DNA of 64,000 bases from positions 19,926,560 through 19,990,559 of the forward strand of contig NC_134027.1 of the NCBI RefSeq assembly GCF_964204645.1, read 5' to 3'. Shown here one piece after another: positions 22,739-35,745 of this stretch (positions are counted from its first letter, which is position 1; every line of letters begins with the position of its first letter). The position numbers and the translations under genes were made by a program. The notes beneath the pieces were generated by a model. The model did no database searches. It was not told the DNA's origin and was given only the letters and a program-made list of their open reading frames with translations. The DNA is from Tubulanus polymorphus (lineage: Eukaryota; Animalia; Nemertea).

Positions 22739-22806
22739 TATTTATAACACAAAAAAATTACCGCTCATCACTAAAAATTAATTTTAATAAAATTTTTACT
22801 AAATAA

Positions 22807-24129
22807 ATGGATGAGAAGATAGGATGTGAAATTTGTGGTGAACTTATCAGAAAAAGTAATATGGCTCGACATATGAAAAAACATGACGAAAATTATAAAC
22901 CCCCTAAAATAAACTGCCCAAAATGTAATAAATTATTCTCAAGAAATTATGTTAAAAAACATTCAGAGAAGTGTAAAATTAATAACGCAACGGTTAATGT
23001 TGATAGTAACGAAAGTAATAGTAATTCTGTTGAAGTTGAACCTGAAATTATTTGGAAAAGACCTTTCTTATTCTATGATAAGGATAATATAAAAGATCAT
23101 TTCTTGTCTAATAAAATATAACCCCTGAAAATATAGAAGATTGGGAGAATCATCAATTTCACAAAGTACATATAGAAAAAATTTCTAATGAATTTGAAAC
23201 TGAATTCAATGAAAGAAAAAATAATATATTAGAAAAAATTAAATACGAGAAAACGTTACCAGATAATAAAGAAACAGTTGAAAAGTTAGAAAAACAATAT
23301 AATGAATTAGTAAGAAAAACATATTATTGTAAATATTGTAAATTGATTATTACAACAAATAATTCAAATCTACATAATAGAACAATAAAACATAAAGAAA
23401 ACGTAAGAAAATACCAAGAGCTTAATGAAGATCTATTACCAAGCTATGATAGAAAAAAATGCCCACAATGTATTTATGAATACTTAAGACAAGAAGGTCC
23501 GGTGATATTTTGTAATGAATGTGGATGGCAAAAGAATTTATGGGGTGATGAAAAAACTAGAAATATTCTTATAGAACCAAAATTAAAATATCTAGATGAA
23601 ATATTTAATATATTTTCTATGGAAGATCATACACCAGAATATAAGCAATGGCTTGAAAAAAATGAAAATAATAGAAAATAAAAATGGTGAAATAACTAAA
23701 AAAGATATAATAAAAACAATTATTCCATCAACATTTAACACACAAGAAAAGAAAATGTATTTATATTTATTATTTAACGATTATTATAAAAAACCTAAAT
23801 TAACAGAAAAAGATATGGAAAATATAAAAGAAACATTCAAACAAATATTAAGATATCATGTGGATAATAGAATAACAGATTCAATTAATTATGAATTCTT
23901 TTTAAATAAGATTGTAAATTATTTAAACATCGATATTATAATTCCATTTGATGAATTAACAAATAAAAAGAAACAAAGAGAGCGAGATGAAATGTGGTAC
24001 AAGATAGAACTTAATTTAAATGAGAAAAATGAAATGGAAGAACCTAAACAAATTATGCAAGAACAATTAAATGAACAAGAAGAAACCAATAGTGATTTCG
24101 AGTTTGATGACATTGATTTTATGTTTTAA
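22807..24129 (+). pseudogene. Multi-zinc-finger protein with VLTF3-like (poxvirus A2-like late transcription factor) C-terminal region; frameshifted or several genes
   Basis: C2H2-type fingers, a CPQC...CNECG ribbon, and C-terminal SINYEFFLNKIVNYL...LTNKKKQRERDEMWYKI. Confidence 0.55.
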
Positions 24130-27100
24130 TAACCATAAGGTAATGTTTTTATTCCATCATCTAAAATATGCCTTTTATCATCAAATGGATTCAAACTAGT
24201 TTTTTCAACTTCATTAATGTACATCTCGTGATCTTCTGATCTTCAACAATTCATTTTATGTTTCATAACAAATGAGTTATATAAACACTTTATTTAATCT
24301 TGAAATTCTATATGTTTATCAACCACATGTTTTGTTATTCCTTTTAACTTTTTAGCTTCATGATCTTTTGTTCTATAACTGTACATTTTACTTCTTATCC
24401 CAACAAATTCAATCATTTCATCACCCCCTAATTCATCTTTAAACTTACCAGGAATCTTTTTATTATCATTACTAAATAGTTCATGATCTTTGGGATAATT
24501 GCTAAAATCAAAATGATGTTTTAATGTTTTTAAGTATTTTGTTATGTCATTTGTCTTGATTTTTAGTATGTAGGCGTCCGTATTTTTGGCTATTAATGGA
24601 AATCCACGGTTAAATGTTCCATCTTCAGTTGATAAATCATAAACATAATCTGATGGTTTATATATTTCGAATAAATCTCTTACTTCTTCAGTTAAATCTT
24701 TTTCTGTATGCCTTAAATTAAAACAATTTGGTTTGGATTTAATTAATTCTATATTCATATTAAATCCTAATGAACTGCATAATATATTCAATCCTGATAT
24801 AGCAACTTTTCCTTTTTGAGCTAAAGATATTGTTTTGTGGTTTTTGAAACTTTTTGAACCATCTGCAGCATAGAACCCAATGAAGAACCATTTTCTTAAA
24901 TTATCTTTTGCATTTAATATATAATCTGGAACTATCTTTTCTTTAGTTGAAGTATTACTTTTCACTATTGCATGAATATAGAATTCATCATTATATTTTG
25001 TAGCAAAATCTTTAGGATTATTTACAAATATTCTATAAACCGCGGATGATTTCATATGATCGACGATTCTAAATGTTTTATGTGAATAAACTTCTTCGCA
25101 GAATTTCTTTATTCTTTCTAATAATTTCAAATCTTGATTGCATAAATACCAACGATATTGAGTGCGATTAACATATTTATACACACCTGCTGAACCATCA
25201 CCCATGAAAAATCCTTTAATAAAATATTCTTTTTCTTCTAATGTTTCAGGTTCTATATTATATATATTATCAATAATTTCGTCGAATGACATATGATTCA
25301 TTCTTTGAAAAAATCTTTTATGGAAAAATTCGCCTCCAATTTTTATATCAGTTGGTTTTATTTCATCACCATTTCGTTTAATTAAACTATGATCTTCTGT
25401 AACATCTACAAACCCTAATTTAGTTCTAACTCTATAGATTTTCTTATTTGTTTTATGTCTAATAATATTCTTTAATTTTTTCCATCCATTTCTTGTCCAA
25501 ACATCCATTAATTCATTTATTTGTATTAATTCTTTTTCACCATACGAAATATAACATTCATTTTGTTTTGGAATTATTTCTGAAATTCTTGTAATTAATA
25601 TTTGGTTATTGTATTTTAATAATATTGGGGTGTCTGCTGTAACAGAATCAAAATATATAATATTTCAATATGCTTTTCCCCAAAAATTGGTTGTAAAACA
25701 TTATAATAAAAATCATACATTAATAATTTTGATACTTCTAAAACAGTTGAACCAATGAATATAGGTTTATTAAATTTCATTGACGTTCTTTTTAATTTTA
25801 CTGCGGTTAAATAATCTTCAAATCTTTTATTTCCTAAATGTCTAGGGCTTGATTGTAAATGCCTTAATCGTTCAGAATTATTTACTAATTCAATATCATT
25901 TCTATTTCTAATATTTTCACATGTTTTTCCATAAAAACTATTGTTCATTAATTTAAAAAAATCTTTTTCGAAATCTTTTTTAGATATTGTTCTCTGTTGA
26001 GTATTGAAATCTATATATTTTTCTAACCACTTCGATTGATTAAATTCAATATATCTATGTACTTTCTTTAATTTCATTCCTTGTTTTAGATAAAATTTTA
26101 ACATTCTTTAATGAACAATATAATTGTATTTATTATTTTGAGTAAGTATTAATTTTTCTGTAAAAACATGATCTTTCGGTTTTATTTTCTTCTGGTATTC
26201 ACTTAAATAACTATCATCTACGGCTAAATGTTCTGGGCAATAAGGTAAGTTTCTTGTTTTAAACTTTATGTTATCAGGATATTCTAAATCAACTACAAAG
26301 AAATAACCAATTGGTGCTTCATCTTTTAAACTCGCAATTGCTCTTTCCCAATCAGTTTTATCATCATTTTCAACTTCTGTTAATATAAAATTTTTGTATG
26401 GTTGAGGTTGCATCATTGTCCAACCATATAAATTATTAGCGTCAATATATAATAATTTATATTCATCATTTGCTTTTAAATGTCTATCTCCCAAAACACC
26501 ACTAATTCCACCTCTAATTGATTTTTCAAATAATAAAACCATGTCTGGTTCTTTTAATAAATCTAACTCTACGTTAGTATATTTTAAACCACATTGCCAG
26601 GTTAAACCAGTACTAGAGTAGCAATAACAAGGATCAACTTCAAATTAACTTCTCAAAATTTTTCAAATATATCAGCCAATATCATAACATCTGATTTTAA
26701 ATATAAATCAACTAATTCACCATGATTTTCATCTTAAAATGGTTCCAAATATTTAATGTTCTATTAAACACTTCATCTTTCACATACTCCTCTTTTAATT
26801 GATCATAAAATTGATCTTTCAATAATTCTGTTACATTAAAATCATTGTGTGTTATATAAAATGAATACGGAATTGCACCTTTATATCTCAATAATTTAAA
26901 ATCTTGTTCATTTGGATAATAATATCGAGTTATAACAAAATCATTATCAACTAAACTTTTTGCTAAATTATCTAATGAACTATTTAAAAATCTATAAGAA
27001 TCAAAAAATCTAATGCAACCACATTGAACTGAAATATAATTTTCAGATGTCTTAGCTAATAGTTTAAAATCATATTTTCTTACATTTACACCATTCATAG

Positions 27101-29166
27101 CATTATATTCATCTATTTCTTGATTAATTGCGCCCAATTTTCCCGATAATTGTTTTATAAATAGATGGGTATCATAGCCTGATAAATTATGAAATAATAT
27201 TGGTACGAAATTAACTTTCTTAGCTTGTAAATTACAATCTTCATGAGCAGCTCCACGATATTTTGAATTTAAATGATCATGATCTCTAACTTTTTTATCA
27301 AATGAATAAAAACGTTTTTCACAATAACAACAATGAGTTGCATAATTAAAATCAATTTCATCTTCTTTTGTCATAACTATTCTTTTATTTTTGTTTAATA
27401 ATTCTGCAAAATCACTTTCTAATTCAATTATTTCATTACAAAAATCATTAACTACATTTTCACCTCTAAAAGAAATATATTGACTTTCATATAATTCGGG
27501 ATAATTTGATTTTATGTAAATTCCATAAGCAGCAGCTCTTTGATGAACTTTTTTCATTGTGTTTATGATTGGTGGGTCTTGATTTATGTCTTCATTTAAT
27601 TCATTTCCTTTATCCATTGATTTTAATAATTGCTTTTTGTTATATATTTCTTTACTATCTTGATCAGTTAATTCTTTATTCAACGATTCAAAATCCCCAT
27701 AAATTATAAATGGAACAATATTTTTAAATTTATGATTAGTAAATTTCAATTTATAATCTTTTTCTGTTGGCATTATTAATTTGCAAAAATCTTTATTATC
27801 ACATAATTCTTTATGTTTTAATAATGTATTCTCAGTCATAAATTTAGATAAACATTTTCTACATAGATAAATTTTATTATGGTGATCACTTTCTGTTCTA
27901 AACAATAAATTGTTTTAACCACACTTAATGTTCATTTTCATCTTTTTTGTAATATAACAAGTCTATAGCATTTTCATCATCATAATATTCTGTTAAATAT
28001 AAAGCTTCTAATGTATAATCTTTAATATTTTCACCTTTTGTCTTTGGTAATTGCATTAATTCGAATACATTTATTTTTAAATTATTAATTTTTTCTATTT
28101 TGGGTATCATTTTTATAGTTACTGGATATTGATCAATTTTATATAATGTTTCATATTTCCGGTAATTTGTTATTCTAAAACTATGCGGAATATCTTCTGT
28201 AAACAACTAATAATTGACCATAGAAAACATTTATTATCTTCATTTTGAACATTTATTACTGCTTTTGTTGTAAATGGTAATTTAATATAACTTGATGCAT
28301 TAATATCCTTTTCTGTTGTAAAGTTTGAGTCATTTTTAAACATTGTTTTACTTTTTGATGTTTCATTCCTTTTTGTATTATAAACATTTAAATCTAAAAA
28401 TATAATTTCATTCAATGTTAAACCAGAACCCTCAAAATATCTTTCTTCAATATGACGTTTAAATTCATTAAATATTTTTTCTAACTTCTCTTTTATTTGT
28501 GTTTTTGAAATTATTTCTTCAGAGAGTGTTTGAATATTATAATCCATTTTCTCTTCTGACTTTAAAAAACTTACTTTCCCAGAGATACTAATTTTTGGAT
28601 ATTCAACATCTGTTATCAAATCTAGTATTTTTTCTATTATTTCATTAATTTTACTATAATCTTCTATTGTTGTACCTTTAAAAAATCTAAATATAATAGC
28701 TGCAGGACCAATTTTACTACGTAATGTTTCTAAAATTTCAATTGTATCTTTTATTTTTAGTGAATCAATATAATTTCTAACATTTTCCATGTAAGGTTTA
28801 TTTGAAATAGATTTAGTTCTTGAAGCTGGTTTTTTACTTGTTGAGGTTTATCATCAAAATAAATTATTCCTTAAACATTATTACTCAAATTTTGATGGTG
28901 TTTTTGTGTTTCGAGATGTCTATTATAATTTCTTTTTGCTATAAATTCATCACAAACTTCGCATTTAATTTTATCCACATTCATATTTTCTAATTGTTCT
29001 TTTCTTACATTGGAATTTTCTGGAGTTTCAAAATCTATAACATTTTTTAAATGATTTGCAGATTTTTCATGACGCGATTTTGAGATTTATCAATGTATTT
29101 TTTACAATATGGACAATGATATTGATTCTCATTAACATCAATTTGTTCTGTCTTATTCTCTCCCAT
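24126..29166 (-). pseudogene. pPolB: Protein-primed family B DNA polymerase of P1, multiple frameshifts, intein-containing
   Basis: YGDFES, FHNLSGYD, YIDANNLYGW, KLMNNSFYGK, YFD[intein]TDA, KLKG. Colinear with the P2 pPolB. Confidence 0.96.
24582..25646 (-). mobile_element. 355-aa intein with LAGLIDADG homing endonuclease in pPolB motif C
   Basis: Starts SVTADTPILL, block B VDVTEDHSL, LAGLIDADG motifs FIKGFFMGDGS and FFIGFYAADGS, block F YVYDLSTEDGTF, ends LIAKN before +1 Thr. Absent from P2. Confidence 0.95.
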
Positions 29167-29250
29167 TTATTAGGGAAAAAATCACTTGTGGTGATGAGTG
29201 GTGACTCGACCTCTCGACCTCTGGTATGAAAGCCTACTTTTCCTATTACT
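29160..29250 (-). repeat. P1 right TIR
   Basis: Reverse complement of the left end; contains the pPolB start codon. Confidence 0.95.
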
Positions 29251-32107
29251 AAGGTGGGACTGGAAGTTCGAGCCTTGGTCTGAGTGTAGCTCCCTTGGCA
29301 CTCCGAAACGACTGAAGAATTCGGTCACAAGCTTGTCAGCTACCGTCTTGGCCTCGATGTCCGTACAGTGTAACATTCCACGCATTTTGTGACATAGTCC
29401 ATTATGACTATGATGTATTGGTTCCCTGCCGTGGTTTCCTGCAGAGGGCCCATGATATCGACCGCTACTCTAACCATGGGGGATCCAACATTGTCCGACT
29501 GAAATTCCGCTTGATATCTTTTCGGTGGCGGTTTCTTCCTGGGACACACCTCGCATTGTTTTACCCATAGATCGATGTGGTCCCGCATCTCTGGCCAGTA
29601 GTACCGTTGCTGCACCTTGGACAACGTTTTCTCGATTCCTTAGTGACCCCCGACACGGCCAGAATGAAGTTGGTCGAATACGGTCCAGCGGAATGGTGGG
29701 GGGACAACTAGTTGGGAAAAGCCGCCTCGGTGAGGTCTACACTTGCGGAACAGTATGTCATCCTTGATCTGAAGTAAGTCCGACTCGGGCCAACAGCGTT
29801 TCGCTTGAGTGCTTTTTGGTGCTACGTCTTGCCACTGTTGTCTTGGTTTTCCTTCGCGTTGAAGTTCAATGAGCCACCCCAGATCCTCGTCGTCAAATTG
29901 GGCTGTTTTCAGCTCTGTCGGGTCCCAAGGCTCGGGGATTTCACCGAATGTCGAGTTAATCACTCGGATAAGCCGACGTTGCGGTGAACGAGCTGCAACC
30001 TGTAGTTCGGTGTCTGTCGATTTGTCGTCCGAGTCACTTCCTCCGTGCTGGACCACGTGGAGGTAGCCTATTTTCTCGCACTGACGACAGGGAATGCGAG
30101 ACAGTCCGTCAGCGTTTCCGTGCTGTGTTCCCTTGCGGTATTCGATTTGGAATTGGAATGATGATAAAGACTCCTGCCAGCGAGCAATTTGTCCTTCGGG
30201 CTCCTTGAGGCTCATCAACCACCGGAGGGCGCTATGGTCGGTTCGTATCAGGAAGTTCTGACCGGTCAGAAAGTGTTTGTAGTACTTAACGAAGTATACT
30301 ACGGCCAGCAACTCCCTACGTGTTACGCAGTAGTTCTGTTCGGCCCTATTTAGCGTCCGACTTCCATAGGCAATTGGTGTTTCCTCGCCCTCCTGTACTT
30401 GGCCTTAAACGCCGCCAATAGCAAAAGCAATCGCGTCGCAGTCTAGGACATAAGGGTCAATAGCGTTCGGCTAGGATTGGTGCGCTAGTCAACCTGTGTT
30501 TCAGATTGCAAAACGCCGACTCGTGTTCCTCCGTCTAAACGAATTTCTGGTCTTTGGCAGTCAGATGATGAAGACTGCTGGCTATTTCTGCTAACCCCGG
30601 GACGAATCGTCGATAGTAGGTGGTGAGACCGAGAAAACTTCGGACTTCTCTAATGTTGGGGGGTATGGCCAGGTCTGGATACATTCGATTTTGGATGGGT
30701 CCGTCTGAATTCTGGCTGCGCTGACTACGTGACCGAGGAAGGCCACCGACTGTTGAAACAGGGAGCATTTCCGAGGTTTCAATTTGAGCCCCGCTTCATT
30801 CAATTTGGCGAGGACTAAGTCCAGCCTTTCGAGCATCTCATCTACGGTGCTGCTGAATATCAATATATCGTCTAAGTAAATTAGACAGACCTCCCACTGT
30901 AGACCGACAAGTACCATTTCCATAAGTCGTTCGAACGTTCCAGGAGCTCCGGACATACCAAACGGTAAAACAGTAAACCGTCACAGGCCACTCTGTTCGA
31001 TCAACCCTCGCCGGTTTATGTCCTGTACCAAGTCTTCGGTGTCCTTCCGTTTACTGAGTGGCGGTAGCCTGGGTGGTTGTCTTATTGGCGCGTGGTCCCC
31101 TGCATTTACTTTGTGTTGCACGAGGTCCGTTTGTCCCAGGTCCTCGTCAGTCCTGGAGAATGCGTTTGAGTGCTAAGTTAAAAGCTCTGCAAGCCGCGTG
31201 GCCTCCGTCGGGTTCAAATGTTCGATGCTGGTTTCGTACAGTTGTTGCACGTGACCGGGGACGTTTGTATTAGGGTCTCCATCTCCTAGACAAGTGTTTT
31301 CTGCATTTAAGTCCATCGAGCGGATTGTTGAAACGGTGGTTAGTCGACCAAGCACTGGCGATCCAGGGAGGACAATCGATTCAACTCCCAAGTTCATGAC
31401 ACGCAGACAATTTGCTGTGTCCCCAGTTCTGGTGTCGATTAACCTTCTGGCAATTGCCAAGTCACCGCCCTCATATCTGGAAGTTTCCTCAACGACGCCT
31501 AGCATCGGTATCCCTCGATCGCCCGAAACGGTTACAGGAATTGTAGCTTGGTGACGTGGGGGTATCTCTACGCTGTCCAGTGTTCTTACGAGGAACTCTG
31601 AATCGGGTTCGATTAATCTCTTCGGATAGAGGACAATCTCTTCGTTTTCGCAGATGAGAAGTGAATTTCCGACATCGAGGAATGAGTTGGTTCGAGAATT
31701 CCGTCTTCTCCGATGCCCGCGACGATAATACTCATACGAAACTTCCGTTGTCCAAACGTCAACGAAACAATCGCTCGTCCGTCAACAGAGAGATCGCCAC
31801 CGTTGGCCCCGAGTAGCCTGAGGTACGATTCTGGTATAGCGGTGTATGCTTTGCTCGAGATTATTGTGGTACAAGCACCCGTGTCCATTAGCAGAGTCCT
31901 CTTTACATAACCAACCTCGGTGATAACATAGAGTCCATTATCTGGGTTGTTTCCCGGATGGTAATTTAGCACGTTGCCTGGGTCGTGTTGGGGCCGATCG
32001 ATCTCGCTAGAATCTCCGGTTGGTGCCCCTTGGAACCGGAGCATTGTCGTTTCCCAAACGCTGTCTGCAGTTATAGCACGTAGAATTCGTTCGGCCCAAA
32101 CTGACAT
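29251..32107 (-). pseudogene. pol: Gypsy pol: protease, partial RT, RNase H, integrase N-terminus
   Basis: LMDTGA; IYLDDILIF; ELLAVVYF..IRTDHSAL..ADGLSR; H...CEVC; VDIMGP; LHSDQGSNF. Confidence 0.93.
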
Positions 32108-32600
32108 GATTCCCGGTAACGGGCGGCTTTTCTGACGTCATCTTCGTGCTCATGGTGTTCAAAGCGTCGGTCAGTTTCGCCATCTGGTCGGCCATCCCTT
32201 GGACAACCGATGGCGTCGGAGAGGGTTCTCGGGCTTGCTTGAAAGAGTCGCATTCTCATTTCACCGTCCTGTAGAGCGTCCATGAAGTGGACTCTCGCCA
32301 GTGTATCTCTGGTTGTACCCCTCGCCAGTGTATCTCGGGGTACGCTAACGCCACCAGTCGTTTGATCCCATGTCCCAGCTCCGGGAGACTCTCACCTGGC
32401 TTTCTGATTCTGGCTCTGAGTTCGGCCGTATATAGCTCCTCTCGGACTTGCGGTCCAAATCTCAACCGCAACGCGGAATACAGGCTTTCAAAATCTTCCC
32501 GCTCTTCGACCGTCAGTTCCCGCAAAACTTGTTGGGCCTCGCCCTTGAGGCTGACGCCGAGATATGTCGATTTTCATCGTCGTCCACAGATTCTCGGTCT
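32050..32600 (-). pseudogene. gag: Gypsy gag fragment
   Basis: LRGEAQQVL...LRLRFG...RKPGESLPELGHGIKRLVALAYP; broken CYNC knuckle. Confidence 0.8.
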
Positions 32601-33334
32601 TGTCGTACATCGTCGTCGGAGCTCTGGTGAATGCTGGTGCCTTTTGCCTTTTTTAAAAGGCCAGGGATCCTAAAAGAATTCCTTTTTACACTTGGAGGGG
32701 GTCAGTCATAAAATGTACGCTAGGGGAGGGGGGGGGTTATAAAAAAACGTTATAAGAATACCCGGAAGTCCCAGCATACTTACTTTATGCACGGCCCCTC
32801 ATTCAATTGGGGGCAACCGGACAATTCAATCAATGATTTATTGATTCCGAATCACAAAATATACCGCAGAAAACCCATCATCGATCGTTACTTTACAGCT
32901 ATATTTCTTTCTTTGAAAGTCGAAACATATTTCCTCAGCTGTTCCAAGTTCAGTTTTTGAACCCTGCAATCGACCGACGTCGGATTTTGGTCCTGAGTCA
33001 CATCGCATTATGACGTAAAACTTACATCCTATTCATGTGCTATTGCCAAATATTACAATTTTGGTTGTTCTGGTCACACCGTCACGCACGGTGCGACGTA
33101 AATACGATGTCGTGATTACGGCACAAAATTTTCAAAAAGTGCCCGATCTTGTCCCGCCGTAAATGACGTGACCGACATGGCAAATAATTTTTTTCTCACT
33201 GGATTTTTGTTGATCTATTGATCACGCCACACTTCAAGACCCACGTACGTTTACAGTGCAGAGGTTATGCGGTTCATACCTGCTGTAAAAAGTGTAAAAA
33301 GATAAGATAGTATCAGTAATTCACCCCAGTGAAG

Positions 33335-34135
33335 TTTATTACTTGTTCCTAATTCCTTATTCCGTTACTTATTGAGAATTCATCTCCTAATAAGCAACTA
33401 GGAACCATTACTTGTTCCTTATTCAGATTTGCTCGTACCGGTTCAACTTCCCAATAAGGAACACGGAACCGTTACTTGTTCCTTATTCAGATTTTCTCGT
33501 TACCGGCTCAACTTTCGTAACCGAATTCAAATTTTTTATGTTTTTTTGCCCCAATTGTAAATTGATTCGGCTTTATGTTCTTAGTATCGGCGCATCCTCC
33601 GGTATCGATTATCTCAAAAAACCGAGAGGCGACCTCTTACGACCTCCCCAGAGGTTTGTTACCTATTCAGGAGTCATCCCCCAATAAGGAACAAGGAACC
33701 GTTACTTGTTCCCGATTCAGATTTTCCCGTTACCGGTTCAAATTCTTTATGTTTTTTCGCCTCTGTTATCACTTCAACACCATAAATCGATTAGGCGTTA
33801 TGGTCTTAGTATCGGCGCAACCTCCGGTATCGATTTCCTACTAAAAATCCAACGGGCGACCTCTCACGACGTCCCCAGAGGATTGTTACCTATTCAGAAT
33901 TCACCCCCCAATAAGGAACAAGGAACCGTTACTTGTTCCCGATTCAAATTTCTTGTCATTATCGGTTCAACTTTCGTTACCGGTTCAAGTTCCCAATTAA
34001 GGAACAAGGTACCGTTACTTGTTCCTTATGCAGATTTTCAACCCTCTGGAGAGGTTGTGAGAGGTAACCTGTCTGTTCTTGGAGGTAATCGATACTGGAG
34101 GATGCGCCGATACTTATATCATAAAGATCTAAATC
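33335..34135. repeat. Composite repeat with palindromic subunits (likely non-autonomous DNA element remnant)
   Basis: TAAGGAACAAGGAACCGTTACTTGTTCC occurs about 5 times. The block at about 33575-33660 is repeated directly at about 33800-33885 and inverted at about 34040-34125. Confidence 0.6.
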
Positions 34136-34803
34136 AGTATCGTTTACATAAGATGTAAAATTATCATTTAAAGATAAAAATCATTTAAATTCTGTGACCG
34201 CGAGTCTGATGTTTCCAGGCTTATTGTGCTTGTGTGTTTCACCGCGGTTAGATATGCGATATATTTCGCTCGACATTTTCCGTCTAGCCGGCAATATTCT
34301 CATTTTTTTACTTTTTACGGTAAGTCTTTCAATTTTATTTGTTTCTGACTTACTCTTTACGGTTTTTATATGTTTGGAACGCATCTTTATACATGAAAAA
34401 AGTTTAAGCTAGGCTTGTATAGTTGAAGATGGGTTTGAAAACGTGTGCTCTTGTAAGAAAATTCAGACATAATGGATAAAACCTAGCGGCCGATGTTCGC
34501 TTTTACCTACATTGTCAAGCGGTGGATTGTTCAAAGTGAGTGATGACGTTCTGTGAGTTGATGTTTGAAAACACCGATTTTACTGTTATTGATGTTTTAA
34601 CTTATATTCCGGTTGATCTTTTTAGATATTTCTTCATTTGAGATTTCCGGGAGTCTCTTGTCAATTTCTCGGCTCACAGATTTTATGCAACGTGGATGGT
34701 GGTTGCTTCTAACTAAATTACAACTATGTATATTAAAATGGCAGGTCCTTTTTATAGAAAATGCATTTTTTGAGGTGGTCCGTAACGAGCTACACGTCAA
34801 TTG

Positions 34804-35745
34804 CTATTCGTTTGCATTTCTACTGCAGATTTTTGTACAAAAATATTCTCGGATTTCACGTCCCAGTAGAAGATATATGTAAAAGTTAGCAGCGTAGTTG
34901 CAAACTTGGAACTGAGTGAATATATCAAAGAAGTAATCTTTAAGCTCCGTAGAGATTGGTAAAAATACAGCAACAGTGGTTGGGAGTGTAAAAATTGCAA
35001 AAGCTAGTGAAACTGTTACGAGCATTATTGTTGTACGTTTTGATTTCGTATCGCGCGATACAAGTTTTGATCCTTTGAATAACTGAACTATTATCACAGA
35101 ATTCGATGTTGTAATCAGAGTTAAAGGTAGAATATAAGATTGTACGACGAATGCAATGAAGTACGTTAATTGATCGAGTAATTCATAATAACATCCAGAG
35201 TTCTCATCAGAAAAATGCATCGATACAGTGGGTAGAAGATATAGTATCAACCCGTTCACTACACTAATTAGCAATGTATTAAATCTTGCAAATCTAGGTG
35301 TACATATCAAACGAGACGTGAACGGGAAGAGCACAACTGCCGCACGTTCTAGAGATATTGCAACTATCAACCACGAACTATTACAAGCCGAAAATGCCAT
35401 TATGAATTCATAGATCTGACAACTAAGCAGCGACTTCATCATATATCTAGGACCGCTGTTTATATGCATAAGTACTAACTGCAAAACAGGCATCAAGGTA
35501 AGATTGACACAGAACACAAAATCGCAGACTGATAAAACGATAAGATAGTTAGCGTAAGATAAACTCCGGAATCTGCGACTTGTCATTATCAAGAAAGTAG
35601 CTGAATTACCGAAGACGCCTAACAGAAACACAGCAGGCAGAATGAACAATGTCAGCATACGGTAGCTTCCAGACTTGTTCATTAAAGACATGAGAACGAT
35701 GTAGCTATCATAAGGTCGATGAATTTGCATACTCGTAAAATTCAT
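34804..35745 (-). CDS. Intronless rhodopsin-like (class A) GPCR, peptide-receptor-like, 313 aa
   Basis: Seven hydrophobic segments; TM1 GN, TM2 LSVCD, TM3 SLER, TM6 TLP, TM7 ANFYIY. Confidence 0.92.
   Translation of the reverse strand: MNFTSMQIHRPYDSYIVLMSLMNKSGSYRMLTLFILPAVFLLGVFGNSATFLIMTSRRFRSLSYANYLIVLSVCDFVFCVNLTLMPVLQLVLMHINSGPRYMMKSLLSCQIYEFIMAFSACNSSWLIVAISLERAAVVLFPFTSRLICTPRFARFNTLLISVVNGLILYLLPTVSMHFSDENSGCYYELLDQLTYFIAFVVQSYILPLTLITTSNSVIIVQLFKGSKLVSRDTKSKRTTIMLVTVSLAFAIFTLPTTVAVFLPISTELKDYFFDIFTQFQVCNYAANFYIYLLLGREIREYFCTKICSRNANE

Larger units (their letters stand above)
3431..29250. mobile_element. Polinton/Maverick P1 (25,820 bp including the nested element), decayed
   Basis: Ends AGT...ACT. 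TIR is 46 bp perfect and about 90 bp imperfect. 6-bp TSD AAGGTG at 3425-3430 and 29251-29256. Encodes pPolB, rve integrase, packaging ATPase and capsid candidates. Confidence 0.97.
1..32630 (-). mobile_element. Degenerate Ty3/Gypsy LTR retrotransposon, 5'-truncated, interrupted by Polinton P1
   Basis: gag, protease, RT, RNase H and integrase fragments in Gypsy order, followed by PPT and LTR. The integrase frame rejoins across P1. Confidence 0.92.

Noticed and set aside
32640-32800. Possible MITE end (TTTATGCACGGCCCCT) at the point where the Gypsy element is truncated
   Set aside because: No partner inverted end or TSD found in the window.
33412-34158. ORFs within the palindromic composite repeat
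   Set aside because: Overlapping frames over repeated DNA with no recognisable motifs.
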